A stretch of 42,765 nucleotides of DNA from the sequence record NC_041898.1; one strand, given 5' to 3'. The translations under genes were made by a program, and so were the position numbers. A model generated the notes under the pieces. The model was given only the letters and a program-made list of their open reading frames with translations. It had not been told where the DNA came from and did no database searches. Shown here piece after piece: positions 9,020 through 18,395 of this stretch (position 1 is the first letter of the stretch; every line of letters begins with the position of its first letter). The stretch is from Escherichia phage K1ind2.

Positions 9020-9378
9020 TGAGCACCGCCTTTAGTAAACGTATGCAGGGCGTGGGTACACGCCTGCTAGCCAAATTCGGCAGCACGGTATCTCTGGTTC
9101 GCGCTGGCTCGAAAGTGTGGGATGAAGTTCTCGGCGAATACATCTGGTCAGATGATGAAGTGCTGCCGCTGAAAGCCGTACCCGTTCCGGTTAACTCGGG
9201 CTTGGTTAACGGCACAACCATTCAGGCGGGAGACATGATTGTTAAAGCCGATTGCAGCGTCGTTCCTAAGATGGAAGACAAGGTGCAATTCGGCGGCGAG
9301 CAGTGGTCGGTAGTAGCCATTGAGAAGAAGATGGTTAACGATGACGTTGTGGCTTACTTCATTCAGGTGAGAAAATGA
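9019..9378 (+). CDS. Hypothetical head-tail joining protein
   Basis: ORF track 8965-9378; in-frame ATG at 9019 with GGAGG SD and TAATG overlap with upstream stop is preferred (119 aa). Confidence 0.45.
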   Translation: MSTAFSKRMQGVGTRLLAKFGSTVSLVRAGSKVWDEVLGEYIWSDDEVLPLKAVPVPVNSGLVNGTTIQAGDMIVKADCSVVPKMEDKVQFGGEQWSVVAIEKKMVNDDVVAYFIQVRK

Positions 9379-9770
9379 GTTTCGCGCTCGATGTCTCTAA
9401 GTTCGTGGAAAAGGCGAAGAAGAACCCTGAGAAGGTGATGCGTCAGGTGTCTATCAAGCTGTTTTCCGCTATCATAAAGGCGAGTCCGGTAGACACGGGC
9501 CGCTTTCGTATGAACTGGATGGCATCTGGCGGTACTCCTGCTTCCGGGATTACGGACGCTACGGATAAATCAGGAAACACAGCAACCGGAAACGCTACGA
9601 GTTTCGTGCTGAAAGCCGCTGACTGGCATGAGTTCACGCTGACAAATAATCTGCCGTATGCGCAACGGCTGGAGTATGGTTGGTCGCAACAGGCGCCAGC
9701 CGGGGTTGTCAGGACTAATGTGTCTCGCTTCCAGCAACTCATTAACGAAGAAGCCAACAAGGTGAAATGA
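9375..9770 (+). CDS. Hypothetical neck / tail completion protein
   Basis: 131 aa; ATGA overlap with upstream gene; position between capsid and major tail genes. Confidence 0.45.
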   Translation: MSFALDVSKFVEKAKKNPEKVMRQVSIKLFSAIIKASPVDTGRFRMNWMASGGTPASGITDATDKSGNTATGNATSFVLKAADWHEFTLTNNLPYAQRLEYGWSQQAPAGVVRTNVSRFQQLINEEANKVK

Positions 9771-10183
9771 TGGGCTACTTTGAGGACTTAACAAAAGCGT
9801 TCGATGTTCCGCTGGTAGCCTTCGGAACCGCCAACGGCATCAAGGTCGCGCTTGAAAACATCGACGCGCCGACGTCAACCGATACGCCATATCTGGCAAG
9901 TTACATGTTACTTGCGGATACGGAACAGGCGGATTTGTTCTTCACGGAACAACGCGCCGGTGTTTATCAGGTAGACATTAACTACGCATCGGTGAAAGGT
10001 AGCGCGCCAATCAATAAAATGGCAGACTTACTTAACACGGCGTTTAAAGCAGGTAAGTCATTTTCACGTAACGACATCTGCGCCGAGGTTCAATCGGTTA
10101 GCCTGGGGCCGCTGATTGTAGAAAACGGATGGGCCAAACGACCATTGTCAATTAACTTTATTGCATTCACCAAGAGGCTGTGA
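9767..10183 (+). CDS. Hypothetical tail terminator-like protein
   Basis: 138 aa; ATGA overlaps on both sides; lies immediately upstream of the major tail gene. Confidence 0.45.
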   Translation: MMGYFEDLTKAFDVPLVAFGTANGIKVALENIDAPTSTDTPYLASYMLLADTEQADLFFTEQRAGVYQVDINYASVKGSAPINKMADLLNTAFKAGKSFSRNDICAEVQSVSLGPLIVENGWAKRPLSINFIAFTKRL

Positions 10184-11352
10184 ATATGGCTACAACTCCT
10201 TTTAAGGGCGCGAATACCGCGCAATTCTATGTGGCGGAAGTCACCCCGGGCGTAACACCGACTAACCCGGTCTGGTCACCGTTGCGTAACACTGGCGGTG
10301 TTCCTGCTATCACCCGCGACACGCTGACCTCCAACGAACTGGACGGCAGCCGTGAAACTACATCCATCCGCACCGGTAACAAACAGGTTAGCGGTGAATA
10401 CGCGATCGAGCTTAGCTCGAAAAGCCAGGATGACTGGCTGGCTGGTGCTTTAGGCTCTACGTGGCAATCCGGTGTTTCCCTGTCCAGTCTGTCGATTACC
10501 GTCGCACCCGCAGGCAAGACGTTCACACGCGCTACCGGCAGTTTTATCACTGACGGAGTTGGGGTAGGCGACCTGATTGCATTTACCGATTTAACAGGCG
10601 ATAACGCAAAACCATTTATTGTTACTGCAGTAACGGCTACGGTTGTTACTGGTGCGGGCATCCAACACACCCTGACCACCGAGACAAAAACTAGTAAGGC
10701 TAAAACCGGCGACACGCTGGAAACCGGTAACACGTGTAAGACGTTCTCTATCCTTACCTGGTACAAAGGCCAGTGCGGCGGTACTGACGCGTACACGTTA
10801 ACCAAAGGCGTGGAAGTTTCTGGTTTTACCATCGAACAGGCTGTTAACGCGATGGTAACTGGCAGCTTCCCATTCATCGGTCGCAGTCAGGAGATTCTCA
10901 CTACGCCGCCGACCGGTTCCAACTTCTCATCTGTTACTTTTGGTGATGAGCCGTTCTCTTCGGTTGACGTTTCCGTGTTCGATGGCTCTACGCCGTTGCG
11001 TTGTGATAGCCTTACCATCACCAACGACAACAGCGCGTCCGCACAGTTCGAACTCGGCAACACTAACGTAGCGTTTGTGGAGCGTAGCCGAGCAGCTAAC
11101 ACCTTCTCCATCTCCGGTAAGCTGTACGACATGGCGATGATTCAGAAGTTTATCAACGAGCAGCAGGTGGAGATTAACTCTATTCTGGCGGGGGTAAACG
11201 GGGCTATGTCTTTCAGTTTGAAACGTGCAGAACTTACGGCGGTTACACCTGAGATTGGAGGACCTGAGTCAATCACTCAGTCTATTGAAGGCCAGGCTAC
11301 TGGCAACCAGTACCAGTCGTCTATTGTTATTCAGCGTATCACATACGCATAA
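10180..11352 (+). CDS. Major tail protein (putative)
   Basis: 390 aa; last large gene before the chaperone/tape-measure block; followed by a strong bidirectional terminator. Confidence 0.6.
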   Translation: MNMATTPFKGANTAQFYVAEVTPGVTPTNPVWSPLRNTGGVPAITRDTLTSNELDGSRETTSIRTGNKQVSGEYAIELSSKSQDDWLAGALGSTWQSGVSLSSLSITVAPAGKTFTRATGSFITDGVGVGDLIAFTDLTGDNAKPFIVTAVTATVVTGAGIQHTLTTETKTSKAKTGDTLETGNTCKTFSILTWYKGQCGGTDAYTLTKGVEVSGFTIEQAVNAMVTGSFPFIGRSQEILTTPPTGSNFSSVTFGDEPFSSVDVSVFDGSTPLRCDSLTITNDNSASAQFELGNTNVAFVERSRAANTFSISGKLYDMAMIQKFINEQQVEINSILAGVNGAMSFSLKRAELTAVTPEIGGPESITQSIEGQATGNQYQSSIVIQRITYA

Positions 11353-11357
11353 AACTA

Positions 11358-11380
11358 AGGCCCCGTTTGGGGCCTTTTTC
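11358..11380. terminator. Bidirectional terminator between convergent transcription units
   Basis: aaggcccc-gtttg-gggcctt hairpin with T-run on plus strand; lies between the plus-strand major tail gene and the minus-strand kinase gene; near-identical element at 24008-24031. Confidence 0.65.
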
Positions 11381-11935
11381 TTACAAACCTAATCTTAAAG
11401 CAATGCCTATAGCGTTCGATTTAACGTAACCCGGTATGATGTAGGTGTCATAATCTTTTACACCATCAATATCGTACAGGTAACCGCGGCTGTCCCCTTC
11501 AAACGTATGGCCGTCTCTGTGCAAGCGGACGATTCTCACATCATGCCCTGCGGCAACGATAGGGGCTACTTCGCTGGCGAACCCGCCATCAGACACCACA
11601 AAAACTTCGTCGCCGTCGGGCAAGTTTCCGGAAAGATACTTACCGAAATAATCATCACCGAATACCGGTTTAATGAATTGCTCGGAAATGGCAATCATGA
11701 ACTGACGCCGAGACAACCCGTTAAGGAAACCCTCTGGCTTTTCTTTCCGCGCCCGGTCGTCGTAGCCGTCGAGAAACTCGCGGTAAGCATCCTGGCCTAA
11801 CGCAGCCATAGCAATATTGAACATCGGATTCTTGAAACTGGCGACACCCTTCGCAAAGCCCATTTCTACCAGCGCCCTAGCAAGTGTGTCTTTCCCGCAG
11901 CCCGCAGGACCATTAAGAATAATTACCTTAGCCAT
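11381..11935 (-). CDS. P-loop kinase (dNMP kinase / polynucleotide kinase-like)
   Basis: 184 aa; Walker A GPAGCGKDT at residues 9-17; small nucleotide-kinase size; start overlaps stop of upstream HAD gene (TAATG). Confidence 0.6.
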   Translation of the reverse strand: MAKVIILNGPAGCGKDTLARALVEMGFAKGVASFKNPMFNIAMAALGQDAYREFLDGYDDRARKEKPEGFLNGLSRRQFMIAISEQFIKPVFGDDYFGKYLSGNLPDGDEVFVVSDGGFASEVAPIVAAGHDVRIVRLHRDGHTFEGDSRGYLYDIDGVKDYDTYIIPGYVKSNAIGIALRLGL

Positions 11936-12420
11936 TATTTATCACTCCCATGTGGTTTTAAGTGTGTAGAGTTCCCGTTACAGTCGTATTCAGTAACTGC
12001 GTGAGTGGTTATGCCGAGTTCGCGGAAATGCTTTATTACCGCTGGAGAGTCGTCGAATGCACACAAGATTCTCTCCGGCCCAATAGCACGCAACACCTCT
12101 TCTTTAATTACGATGTCTTTTCTGTTGTCGTGTTTGCTGCGCATGATTAACTGATAAAATTCGACGCGGTGGCGCTGCAACCACATTCTGGTTTCTTTTT
12201 CCGCGTCATCACTACGGCCTGTTAAGATAATAACGGCATAGCGACGATTAAGGGCGTTACACAGTTCGATGTTATCTTTAATGGGTGCATCGTCTTTGCA
12301 CGCCATGTTAAATGGTTTCCACGCCCAGGTTTCGCCGTAGTTATCTTTCGGCAGCAGGTGTAAACGATGAGTACCATCTGCCAATGTCCCGTCTAAATCG
12401 AAAATCACAATATCTTTCAT
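11935..12420 (-). CDS. HAD-superfamily phosphatase (PNK-type 3'-phosphatase-like)
   Basis: 161 aa; N-terminal DxDGT motif (IVIFDLDGTLADG), later ILTGRS and FDDS motifs in the order expected for HAD phosphatases; resembles my recollection of the T4 Pnk phosphatase domain. Confidence 0.7.
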   Translation of the reverse strand: MKDIVIFDLDGTLADGTHRLHLLPKDNYGETWAWKPFNMACKDDAPIKDNIELCNALNRRYAVIILTGRSDDAEKETRMWLQRHRVEFYQLIMRSKHDNRKDIVIKEEVLRAIGPERILCAFDDSPAVIKHFRELGITTHAVTEYDCNGNSTHLKPHGSDK

Positions 12421-13547
12421 CCAAGCATCTCCGGTGAAATAGTTAAACGTGCGACCTCGCCATATTCGGCGCTATAAGTAATTACGTTTGCACTGCGGCC
12501 CGACATCCATCCGCCGCGCGAGGCGTAGGCGTCTTTAGCCGCCAGGGTGCGGTGTTGTTCAACAATCATGTTACGGCTTTCTACAATCTTCTGATGGTGC
12601 AGGTGTCCTATATGGGCGTAGCTGTAAACACTCTCGCCGAACGCTTTGCGGAACTTGGCGATCATAACCGGTTCGATAGCATCGAAGCGTGCTTTATGGC
12701 CGTGGTGAAAGAACAGCGTAGTTTTGCCGTGTTGCACCATCTTGTAAACATCCGGCGACGTATCGACGAACACACGCGGCTCATTGTCGTACAGCGTACT
12801 AAACATCTCAGCTAACCAAATCATTCCGCTTTCGTCGTGGTTACCTTGCACAATAAGCAAGCGAACATTTTTATGCTTAACAAGGGCCATATCAACGACA
12901 CGGCGGACCATACGAATCATGTAGCGGACCAGTTTCTGATAGCGCGTGTCCGCATCGAGAACATGACCACTTGCCGGTGTAACGGCGTCCAGGCTATCGA
13001 AGTGCGCAAGGTCGCCGAGCAGATTAATAACTCCTGTTCCTGCATCCGGCGCTTTCTTAAACGCGGCATCGAACCAACGAGAGAACAGGTCTTCCGCGAT
13101 TTTCATATCCCAGTCGTCGCCGCTCTCGTCAGCCCATGCCAGCATACCGAGGTGAAAATCAGATACCGTGTAAAGATTGAGTAGCTTGCCGTCGCGTTTG
13201 GCGCGTGCTGCTTTAACAGGGGCGACTGGCGTAATCTCTGATTTCATTCCTTCGATTACGGCTTTCATCAACTCGACCTGACGTTCAGCATCGGTGTCTG
13301 TCTTAACCCATTGCAACTTAGTGTTGCCGAACTCGTCCACCAGCGACGACGTTCCTTTAATCTTGTAGCCGTCCGGCACAAGGTGACTAACGTCGCGCCC
13401 GTGGCCTACGCCTTTCTTAGCCAGCTTCGCTTTACGGATACGGATAACGCGGTCAGAGATGCCGTATTTACGAGCTATATCGATATTCTTCATCCCGGCG
13501 TTCAATTCTTCCTGCAACTGTTCGTCGGTTATTTTCTTCTGGGCCAT
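12417..13547 (-). CDS. Calcineurin-like metallophosphoesterase (SbcD/Mre11-like motifs) with N-terminal HTH-like domain
   Basis: 376 aa; N-terminal about 45 aa HTH-like (NIDIARKYGISDRVIRIR); metallophosphoesterase motifs in canonical order: SDFHLG, GDLAHFD, GNHDE, HHGH, GHLHH. No SbcC/Rad50-like partner in window. Confidence 0.7.
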   Translation of the reverse strand: MAQKKITDEQLQEELNAGMKNIDIARKYGISDRVIRIRKAKLAKKGVGHGRDVSHLVPDGYKIKGTSSLVDEFGNTKLQWVKTDTDAERQVELMKAVIEGMKSEITPVAPVKAARAKRDGKLLNLYTVSDFHLGMLAWADESGDDWDMKIAEDLFSRWFDAAFKKAPDAGTGVINLLGDLAHFDSLDAVTPASGHVLDADTRYQKLVRYMIRMVRRVVDMALVKHKNVRLLIVQGNHDESGMIWLAEMFSTLYDNEPRVFVDTSPDVYKMVQHGKTTLFFHHGHKARFDAIEPVMIAKFRKAFGESVYSYAHIGHLHHQKIVESRNMIVEQHRTLAAKDAYASRGGWMSGRSANVITYSAEYGEVARLTISPEMLG

Positions 13548-13585
13548 ACTTACTTCCTCGTGTTTAGGATTTGTCCTATACTAGC

Positions 13586-13777
13586 TCACTTCTCGTTAAC
13601 ATTCGAGTTGCACGCCCAGATTAAAATAAAGACCCACGGCAGCAGCGCCCAGCCAAGAAACAGATTAGCCATGAATATCGCTAACTTCGCTTTATGGTTA
13701 CGGAAGTACGCAACCAGGAAAGGCGCAAAATAAACGAGAAGTGCAAACAGAATTAAGGAAACTGGTAAACTTGACAT
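13586..13777 (-). CDS. Small inner-membrane protein (superinfection-immunity Imm-like)
   Basis: ORF track 13586-13792; second ATG (13777) has GGAGGG SD and is preferred (63 aa). Two predicted TM helices; YFAPFLVAYFRNHKAKLAIFMANLFLGWALLPW resembles the Imm_superinfect family signature as I recall it. Confidence 0.55.
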   Translation of the reverse strand: MSSLPVSLILFALLVYFAPFLVAYFRNHKAKLAIFMANLFLGWALLPWVFILIWACNSNVNEK

Positions 13778-13807
13778 TTTAAATCCCTCCATTGTTGGTG
13801 TAAGTGA

Positions 13808-13836
13808 ATAGTACCCTATTATATTGGGGTGTGCAA
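13808..13836 (-). promoter_or_regulatory. Sigma70-type promoter (TTGCAC-N17-TACTAT) driving the minus-strand island
   Basis: Minus-strand TTGCAC (plus 13831-13836), 17-nt spacer, TACTAT (plus 13808-13813); 35 of 37 nt identical to the plus-strand promoter at 36087-36123. Confidence 0.6.
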
Positions 13837-13944
13837 GTAATGTGATAGAATAATTTTGCGCCTAGTGTCGCACACGAAAAGCGGGTGGTTCCCGTCTGGC
13901 GCATTTATCGTTAACCTGTAACCTCTTAACCAAAGGATTAAAGA

Positions 13945-14361
13945 ATGAAACTTTCTGATTTTTATTTCGAAGAGAAAGCACTGGCGGGCAAGAAGATGCC
14001 GATTCTCCTGCCGAATGGCGAAGACTCCGGTGAGTGGCTTAACGTTGTAAATCCAGATGCGGATGCCGCCGTTAAAGCGGGGCGTGCTTTCATTATTGCG
14101 TACCGCCGCGGGCTGGCACGTTTTGAAGAACTGGAAAAAGCTGCCAAAGACTCTGGTGATTATACTGAATATAACCTGGCGGTTAACGAACTGGCAGAAG
14201 ACCTCAACCGGCAACTTGCGGCAGAAGTAGTAAACGGCTGGAGCTTTGACGAGCCTTTCTCTAAGGAAGCGTTTAGCAAATTGCTCGACCAATTCAAGGC
14301 ATTAGGTACACAGGTGGCGGCGTTCCATAACGCCGAGCGTAAAGCATTACAGGAAAAGTAG
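13945..14361 (+). CDS. Tail assembly chaperone (G-like)
   Basis: 138 aa acidic protein immediately upstream of the tape measure gene; overlapping -1 frame ORF downstream. Confidence 0.6.
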   Translation: MKLSDFYFEEKALAGKKMPILLPNGEDSGEWLNVVNPDADAAVKAGRAFIIAYRRGLARFEELEKAAKDSGDYTEYNLAVNELAEDLNRQLAAEVVNGWSFDEPFSKEAFSKLLDQFKALGTQVAAFHNAERKALQEK

Positions 14362-14726
14362 ACGCGCTGTACAGGTTCGCCACCTACGAGTTTGTGGATA
14401 AGCATAAAATCAGAGAGTTTGATTCTATCGCCGACGGACACGAACAGGCGCTTATCGCGATGGGTGTAATCGATAAGAAAAAACGTGCAGCGCGACGGGG
14501 TGGGCCAGAATGCCCGCCCCTTTTTATATCCACCTTTGAGACGTATTGCGACATTAAGTTTACGCGACACGTGCGCGAGGACGCTGTAGTATTGTTTGCA
14601 AGAGAATCTGTTACGTGGCAAGACCTGAAAGCCTATCTCGATGTTACGCAAAAACAGCTTAGCCTGTTCGAGATAGACATTATCATGGGCTTAGAAGCAA
14701 TCTTTGAAGGTAGAAATCATGGCTGA
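14343..14726 (+). CDS. Tail assembly chaperone -1 frameshift extension (GT-like)
   Basis: The -1 frame opens at 14343 (after TAA at 14340-14342) and overlaps the last 6 codons of the G-like ORF; candidate slip at GGAAAAG (14352-14358) just before the G stop; extension ends at 14726, overlapping the tape measure start. Confidence 0.5.
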   Translation, partial: SITGKVDALYRFATYEFVDKHKIREFDSIADGHEQALIAMGVIDKKKRAARRGGPECPPLFISTFETYCDIKFTRHVREDAVVLFARESVTWQDLKAYLDVTQKQLSLFEIDIIMGLEAIFEGRNHG

Positions 14727-16992
14727 TACCGCTAGCTTGATAGTACGAGTATCATCGACCGGCGTCGATAAAACCACATCACAACTGAACGGGCTTACCA
14801 AGGCGGCGGGGGCCGCCGCCGCCGCCGTTGTCAGTCTGGAAACCGCTAAGCAGGTGTTCAGCGCGCTGGTGGATTCCCAGCGAAACTTCGATAAGCTGAA
14901 CTCCGGCCTCATCACGATGACCGGGAGCGCCGAGAACGCGGCTAAGGCTTTCAGCGTACTGCAACAGTTCGCAAAAGAGACCCCGTACGGTCTCAATCAG
15001 GCGGTAGAGGGGTTTACCAAGCTCGTTGCGCTCGGTCTGAACCCCAGCAAAGAGGCGTTAATCTCCTACGGCAACACCGCGGCGGCTATGGGTAAAGACC
15101 TTAATCAGATGATTGAGGCAGTTGCCGACGCCAGTACATTTGAATTTGAGCGCTTAAAAGAGTTCGGCATCAAGTCGTCGCAACAGGCAGATACAGTTTC
15201 GTTCACGTTCCGCGGTGTAACGACCACGGTTAAGAAGAACTCCGAAGAGATTCAGAAATACCTCCTGAATATCGGCAACACCGATTTTGCCGGGGCGATG
15301 GAGACGCGCTCTAAGACGCTAGACGGCCAGTTATCGAGCCTCGCCGACTCCTTCGACGGTCTTGTTCTTGCGGTGGCGCAGTCTGGTTTTGGCGACGCCG
15401 TAGGTGAGCAAGCGGCCACAGCGGAAGACGCTATCACGGCGCTTACCGACGCCATCGCGTCTAATGAGATAGCCGCCACGCTCCAGGATTGGGTGGCGCT
15501 GTTCAATGAGTCATTCAAGTTTATTTCCGACGCCTTGAATGACCTGGCATTCGATACCGAGGACAAATCCGTTGATATGTCTGACTCGCTGGGGACTATA
15601 CCGGATGCCATCCGTGAGTGGTTGCCGGACATCCAGCAGACATTTCACGAGGTTATTGCGTGGTTCCAGCGCATCGACGATTACGCTGTAGCGTTAGGGC
15701 AGACCCTTGCCGACGTGTTTGACCCGAGCAAAACGGCGGCGCTAACATTTAAAAACCTGACCGCAGAGGCCGACGCCGCGTACGCCGCTAGCATAAAACG
15801 CGCAGAGGCAGAATCACAGGCCATTACCAACAGGTCTAAGCAGCGTAAGAAAGAAATTGAGGAACAGCGCAAGCAGTACGACGAGCGCAAGAAGCAAGAA
15901 ATTGACTTAGCCAGTCTTGTTAATAAAAAGGGCGGAACTGGCGGGGCAGGAAACACCGACGATAAAGCGGCAAAAGCCGCCGCCAAGAAAGCAGAACAAT
16001 TGCGGAATCAGGCGCAGGATTACCTCGACACTTTGGCTCGCCAGAACAACGATGAGTTAAAGGCTATCGACGCGCAGGAACAGCAGAAACTGGCTAAGGC
16101 AAAAGAGTTCTACAGCCAGGGCGCGCTGTCGCTGAAAGAATACGAACAGGCTAAAACAGCTATCGTCCTCGAAGCCGGGCAAAAACGGCAAGATGAACTG
16201 GATAAACGCCAGAAAGAAGCCCAGGAAAAGCAGCAGAAAGGCGACGACTTCATGGCTCAGATTATGGGCCAGAATGCCACTGAGCTTGAGCTTCTAGACA
16301 TCCAGGAACAGCAGAAACTGGCGGTCGCGGATAAGTACCGTGAGCAGGGGCTTATTAGTGAGACGCAGTATCAGGCCGCGCTTAACGCCATCAACGAGCA
16401 ATACGCAACCAAACGTGCCGATGCAACGGCAACGGCCTTTGGTAACATGGCCTCAAACATCGGGTCTGCGTTGGGTGAGGCTTCTGGCGCGTACAAGGCA
16501 TTCGCTATCGTACAGGCCACTATAGCCACGTACACCGCAGCTATTGAGGCGTACAAGTCAACGGCGGCTATCCCTGTAGTTGGCCCGTTCCTGGCCCCTG
16601 TAGCCGCTGCCGCTGCCGTTGGTGCAGGTATGGCGCAGGTTTCCGCTATCCGGTCCGCGCGTGAACAGGGTGGACAGTTATCCGCAGGGCAGGCTTCCAC
16701 CATCGCAGAACGCGGTAAACCAGAAGTTATTATGCCAGCTGGCGCATCTCGTGTTCGCACCGCGCAGCAGATGAAAGAGATTATGGGACAAAACGGGTCT
16801 TCTTCCGGCCCGTCTAATGTTACTATCGTAAACAACACGAGTTCTCAAATCGGCAACGTATCTACTGAGCAAGATGATGAAGGCCGTCTGCGTATCATCA
16901 TAGAAGAGCAAGTTGCTGCATCTTTGCAGAACAGCAACAGTAAGATTAGCAAGGCCCGCAAAGCCACAAGAAATGCGCCGGGGTTTAAATAA
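14719..16992 (+). CDS. Tail tape measure protein
   Basis: ORF track 14704-16992 (TTG); ATG 14719 preferred. About 760 aa, A/Q/E/K-rich and alpha-helical, located after the chaperone pair. Confidence 0.8.
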   Translation: MADTASLIVRVSSTGVDKTTSQLNGLTKAAGAAAAAVVSLETAKQVFSALVDSQRNFDKLNSGLITMTGSAENAAKAFSVLQQFAKETPYGLNQAVEGFTKLVALGLNPSKEALISYGNTAAAMGKDLNQMIEAVADASTFEFERLKEFGIKSSQQADTVSFTFRGVTTTVKKNSEEIQKYLLNIGNTDFAGAMETRSKTLDGQLSSLADSFDGLVLAVAQSGFGDAVGEQAATAEDAITALTDAIASNEIAATLQDWVALFNESFKFISDALNDLAFDTEDKSVDMSDSLGTIPDAIREWLPDIQQTFHEVIAWFQRIDDYAVALGQTLADVFDPSKTAALTFKNLTAEADAAYAASIKRAEAESQAITNRSKQRKKEIEEQRKQYDERKKQEIDLASLVNKKGGTGGAGNTDDKAAKAAAKKAEQLRNQAQDYLDTLARQNNDELKAIDAQEQQKLAKAKEFYSQGALSLKEYEQAKTAIVLEAGQKRQDELDKRQKEAQEKQQKGDDFMAQIMGQNATELELLDIQEQQKLAVADKYREQGLISETQYQAALNAINEQYATKRADATATAFGNMASNIGSALGEASGAYKAFAIVQATIATYTAAIEAYKSTAAIPVVGPFLAPVAAAAAVGAGMAQVSAIRSAREQGGQLSAGQASTIAERGKPEVIMPAGASRVRTAQQMKEIMGQNGSSSGPSNVTIVNNTSSQIGNVSTEQDDEGRLRIIIEEQVAASLQNSNSKISKARKATRNAPGFK

Positions 16993-18392
16993 TGAGCGAC
17001 TTATATTTCCCACGTAGCCTTAAGCCAATTGTATCGAAAGGCTACTCAATGACCAGACGTAACAACGTCTGGAGTGTAGATTTAGCCGGTGGCGGGGTGC
17101 GTCAGGGACGTGACACGTATTACGACGTGTTCCATGTTAGCGTAACCCTGATTACATCCGCAATGGGGCGACAGGCGTTTCTGTCGTTCCTTGAGAAAGT
17201 CGACGGTGGTGCGTCAAGTTTCTGGATGGCACACGACTTTGGCATGGGTATCGAGGATTATCAGGTAACCATTACGTCCACCATCGCCGAGTCCACAGAA
17301 GACGGCATTAACTGGACGATTACTTTCACGGCAACCGCCGAGAAATCACCGTTCCAGGACCTTGAGAACCAGTGCCTGATTAACAATCTTCCGGATTTGT
17401 ACGGCTGTTACGGGGATTGTCTGGGTAGTTTCCTGAAAATATACGCGAACTACGAGACGACGTTCCCGCGCATCTGGAGCAATGAAGGGCCTGCAGGATA
17501 CCCGCCGATTAACCTTCTGGCGTCGACTCTTGATAGCCGCATTGTGTATGACGGGCCGCAGGTTTATTACATCAACCGAAACGGCAATCTTGTGCAATCA
17601 GCCGCAAATGAATGGCCCCTTACGTTTATTGACGGGGTTGCTGTCGGGCGTGTGCCACCGGAGGTATCAGTAACTAACAGATTCCTATATTCAAGCAATT
17701 TCTCTTCGTCAAACTGGAACAAAGGTTTGGTGAGTGTATCAGTATCCGAAACAGGTGTTTTAACAGCCGCAGGCACGTACGACGTAACTGCTACCGCCAC
17801 AAGCGGTAACCACCTAATAAACCAGACTGTAGATGTTAGCGTTGGTGTTGGAGACATGGTTACTTTTAGTTTCTTCGCAAAAGCAAACGGATACAATTTC
17901 ATACGGATGTACGTGCGAGAACTTCCTACAGCATTAGGCTCAGCAGTTGTGGATTTGCGGGATGGTAGCATTTATTCCGGCCCAGGCGGTACAGATGTAA
18001 CCGACGTAGGCGGAGGGTGGTTCCGGATATCGGAGACAATCACCGCAACAGAAGATAAAACAATGAGCATACGGATGGACGCATGGATATATTCAGACGG
18101 AGTTACCGGGACCTTTGCGGGGGATGGCGTTTCAGGGATTAAATTATCCGCGGCTACCGTAGAGGTAAACCAAAATACAACATCCCCGGTAATAACCGAT
18201 GCCGTTGTTGCCACCCGCACGACAGCATCCGCGAAAGTAACCATGAACGGTGCAACAAGCATCGACATTACCTATTCAGACAGCTCTGTGGTAAACGTCC
18301 CGGCAGTTAATGGTTACGCTACCATCCCGCAAGCGGATTCTGCGTGGGGTAGTAAATACATCAATCGTATTGATTTTAATGTGGACGGTTAA
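16992..18392 (+). CDS. Minor tail protein (distal tail protein-like, putative)
   Basis: 466 aa ORF whose start overlaps the tape-measure stop; position equivalent to lambda M / Dit. Confidence 0.5.
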   Translation: MSDLYFPRSLKPIVSKGYSMTRRNNVWSVDLAGGGVRQGRDTYYDVFHVSVTLITSAMGRQAFLSFLEKVDGGASSFWMAHDFGMGIEDYQVTITSTIAESTEDGINWTITFTATAEKSPFQDLENQCLINNLPDLYGCYGDCLGSFLKIYANYETTFPRIWSNEGPAGYPPINLLASTLDSRIVYDGPQVYYINRNGNLVQSAANEWPLTFIDGVAVGRVPPEVSVTNRFLYSSNFSSSNWNKGLVSVSVSETGVLTAAGTYDVTATATSGNHLINQTVDVSVGVGDMVTFSFFAKANGYNFIRMYVRELPTALGSAVVDLRDGSIYSGPGGTDVTDVGGGWFRISETITATEDKTMSIRMDAWIYSDGVTGTFAGDGVSGIKLSAATVEVNQNTTSPVITDAVVATRTTASAKVTMNGATSIDITYSDSSVVNVPAVNGYATIPQADSAWGSKYINRIDFNVDG

Positions 18393-18395
18393 CTT

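Noticed and set aside
12417-13547. Metallophosphoesterase considered as a PPP-family Ser/Thr protein phosphatase (lambda PP-like)
   Set aside because: The motifs fit the generic SbcD/Mre11-type pattern (SDFHLG...GNHD...GHLHH) and the protein has an N-terminal HTH; the PPP-specific GDxVDRG signature is absent. Left as a generic metallophosphoesterase/nuclease-like protein.
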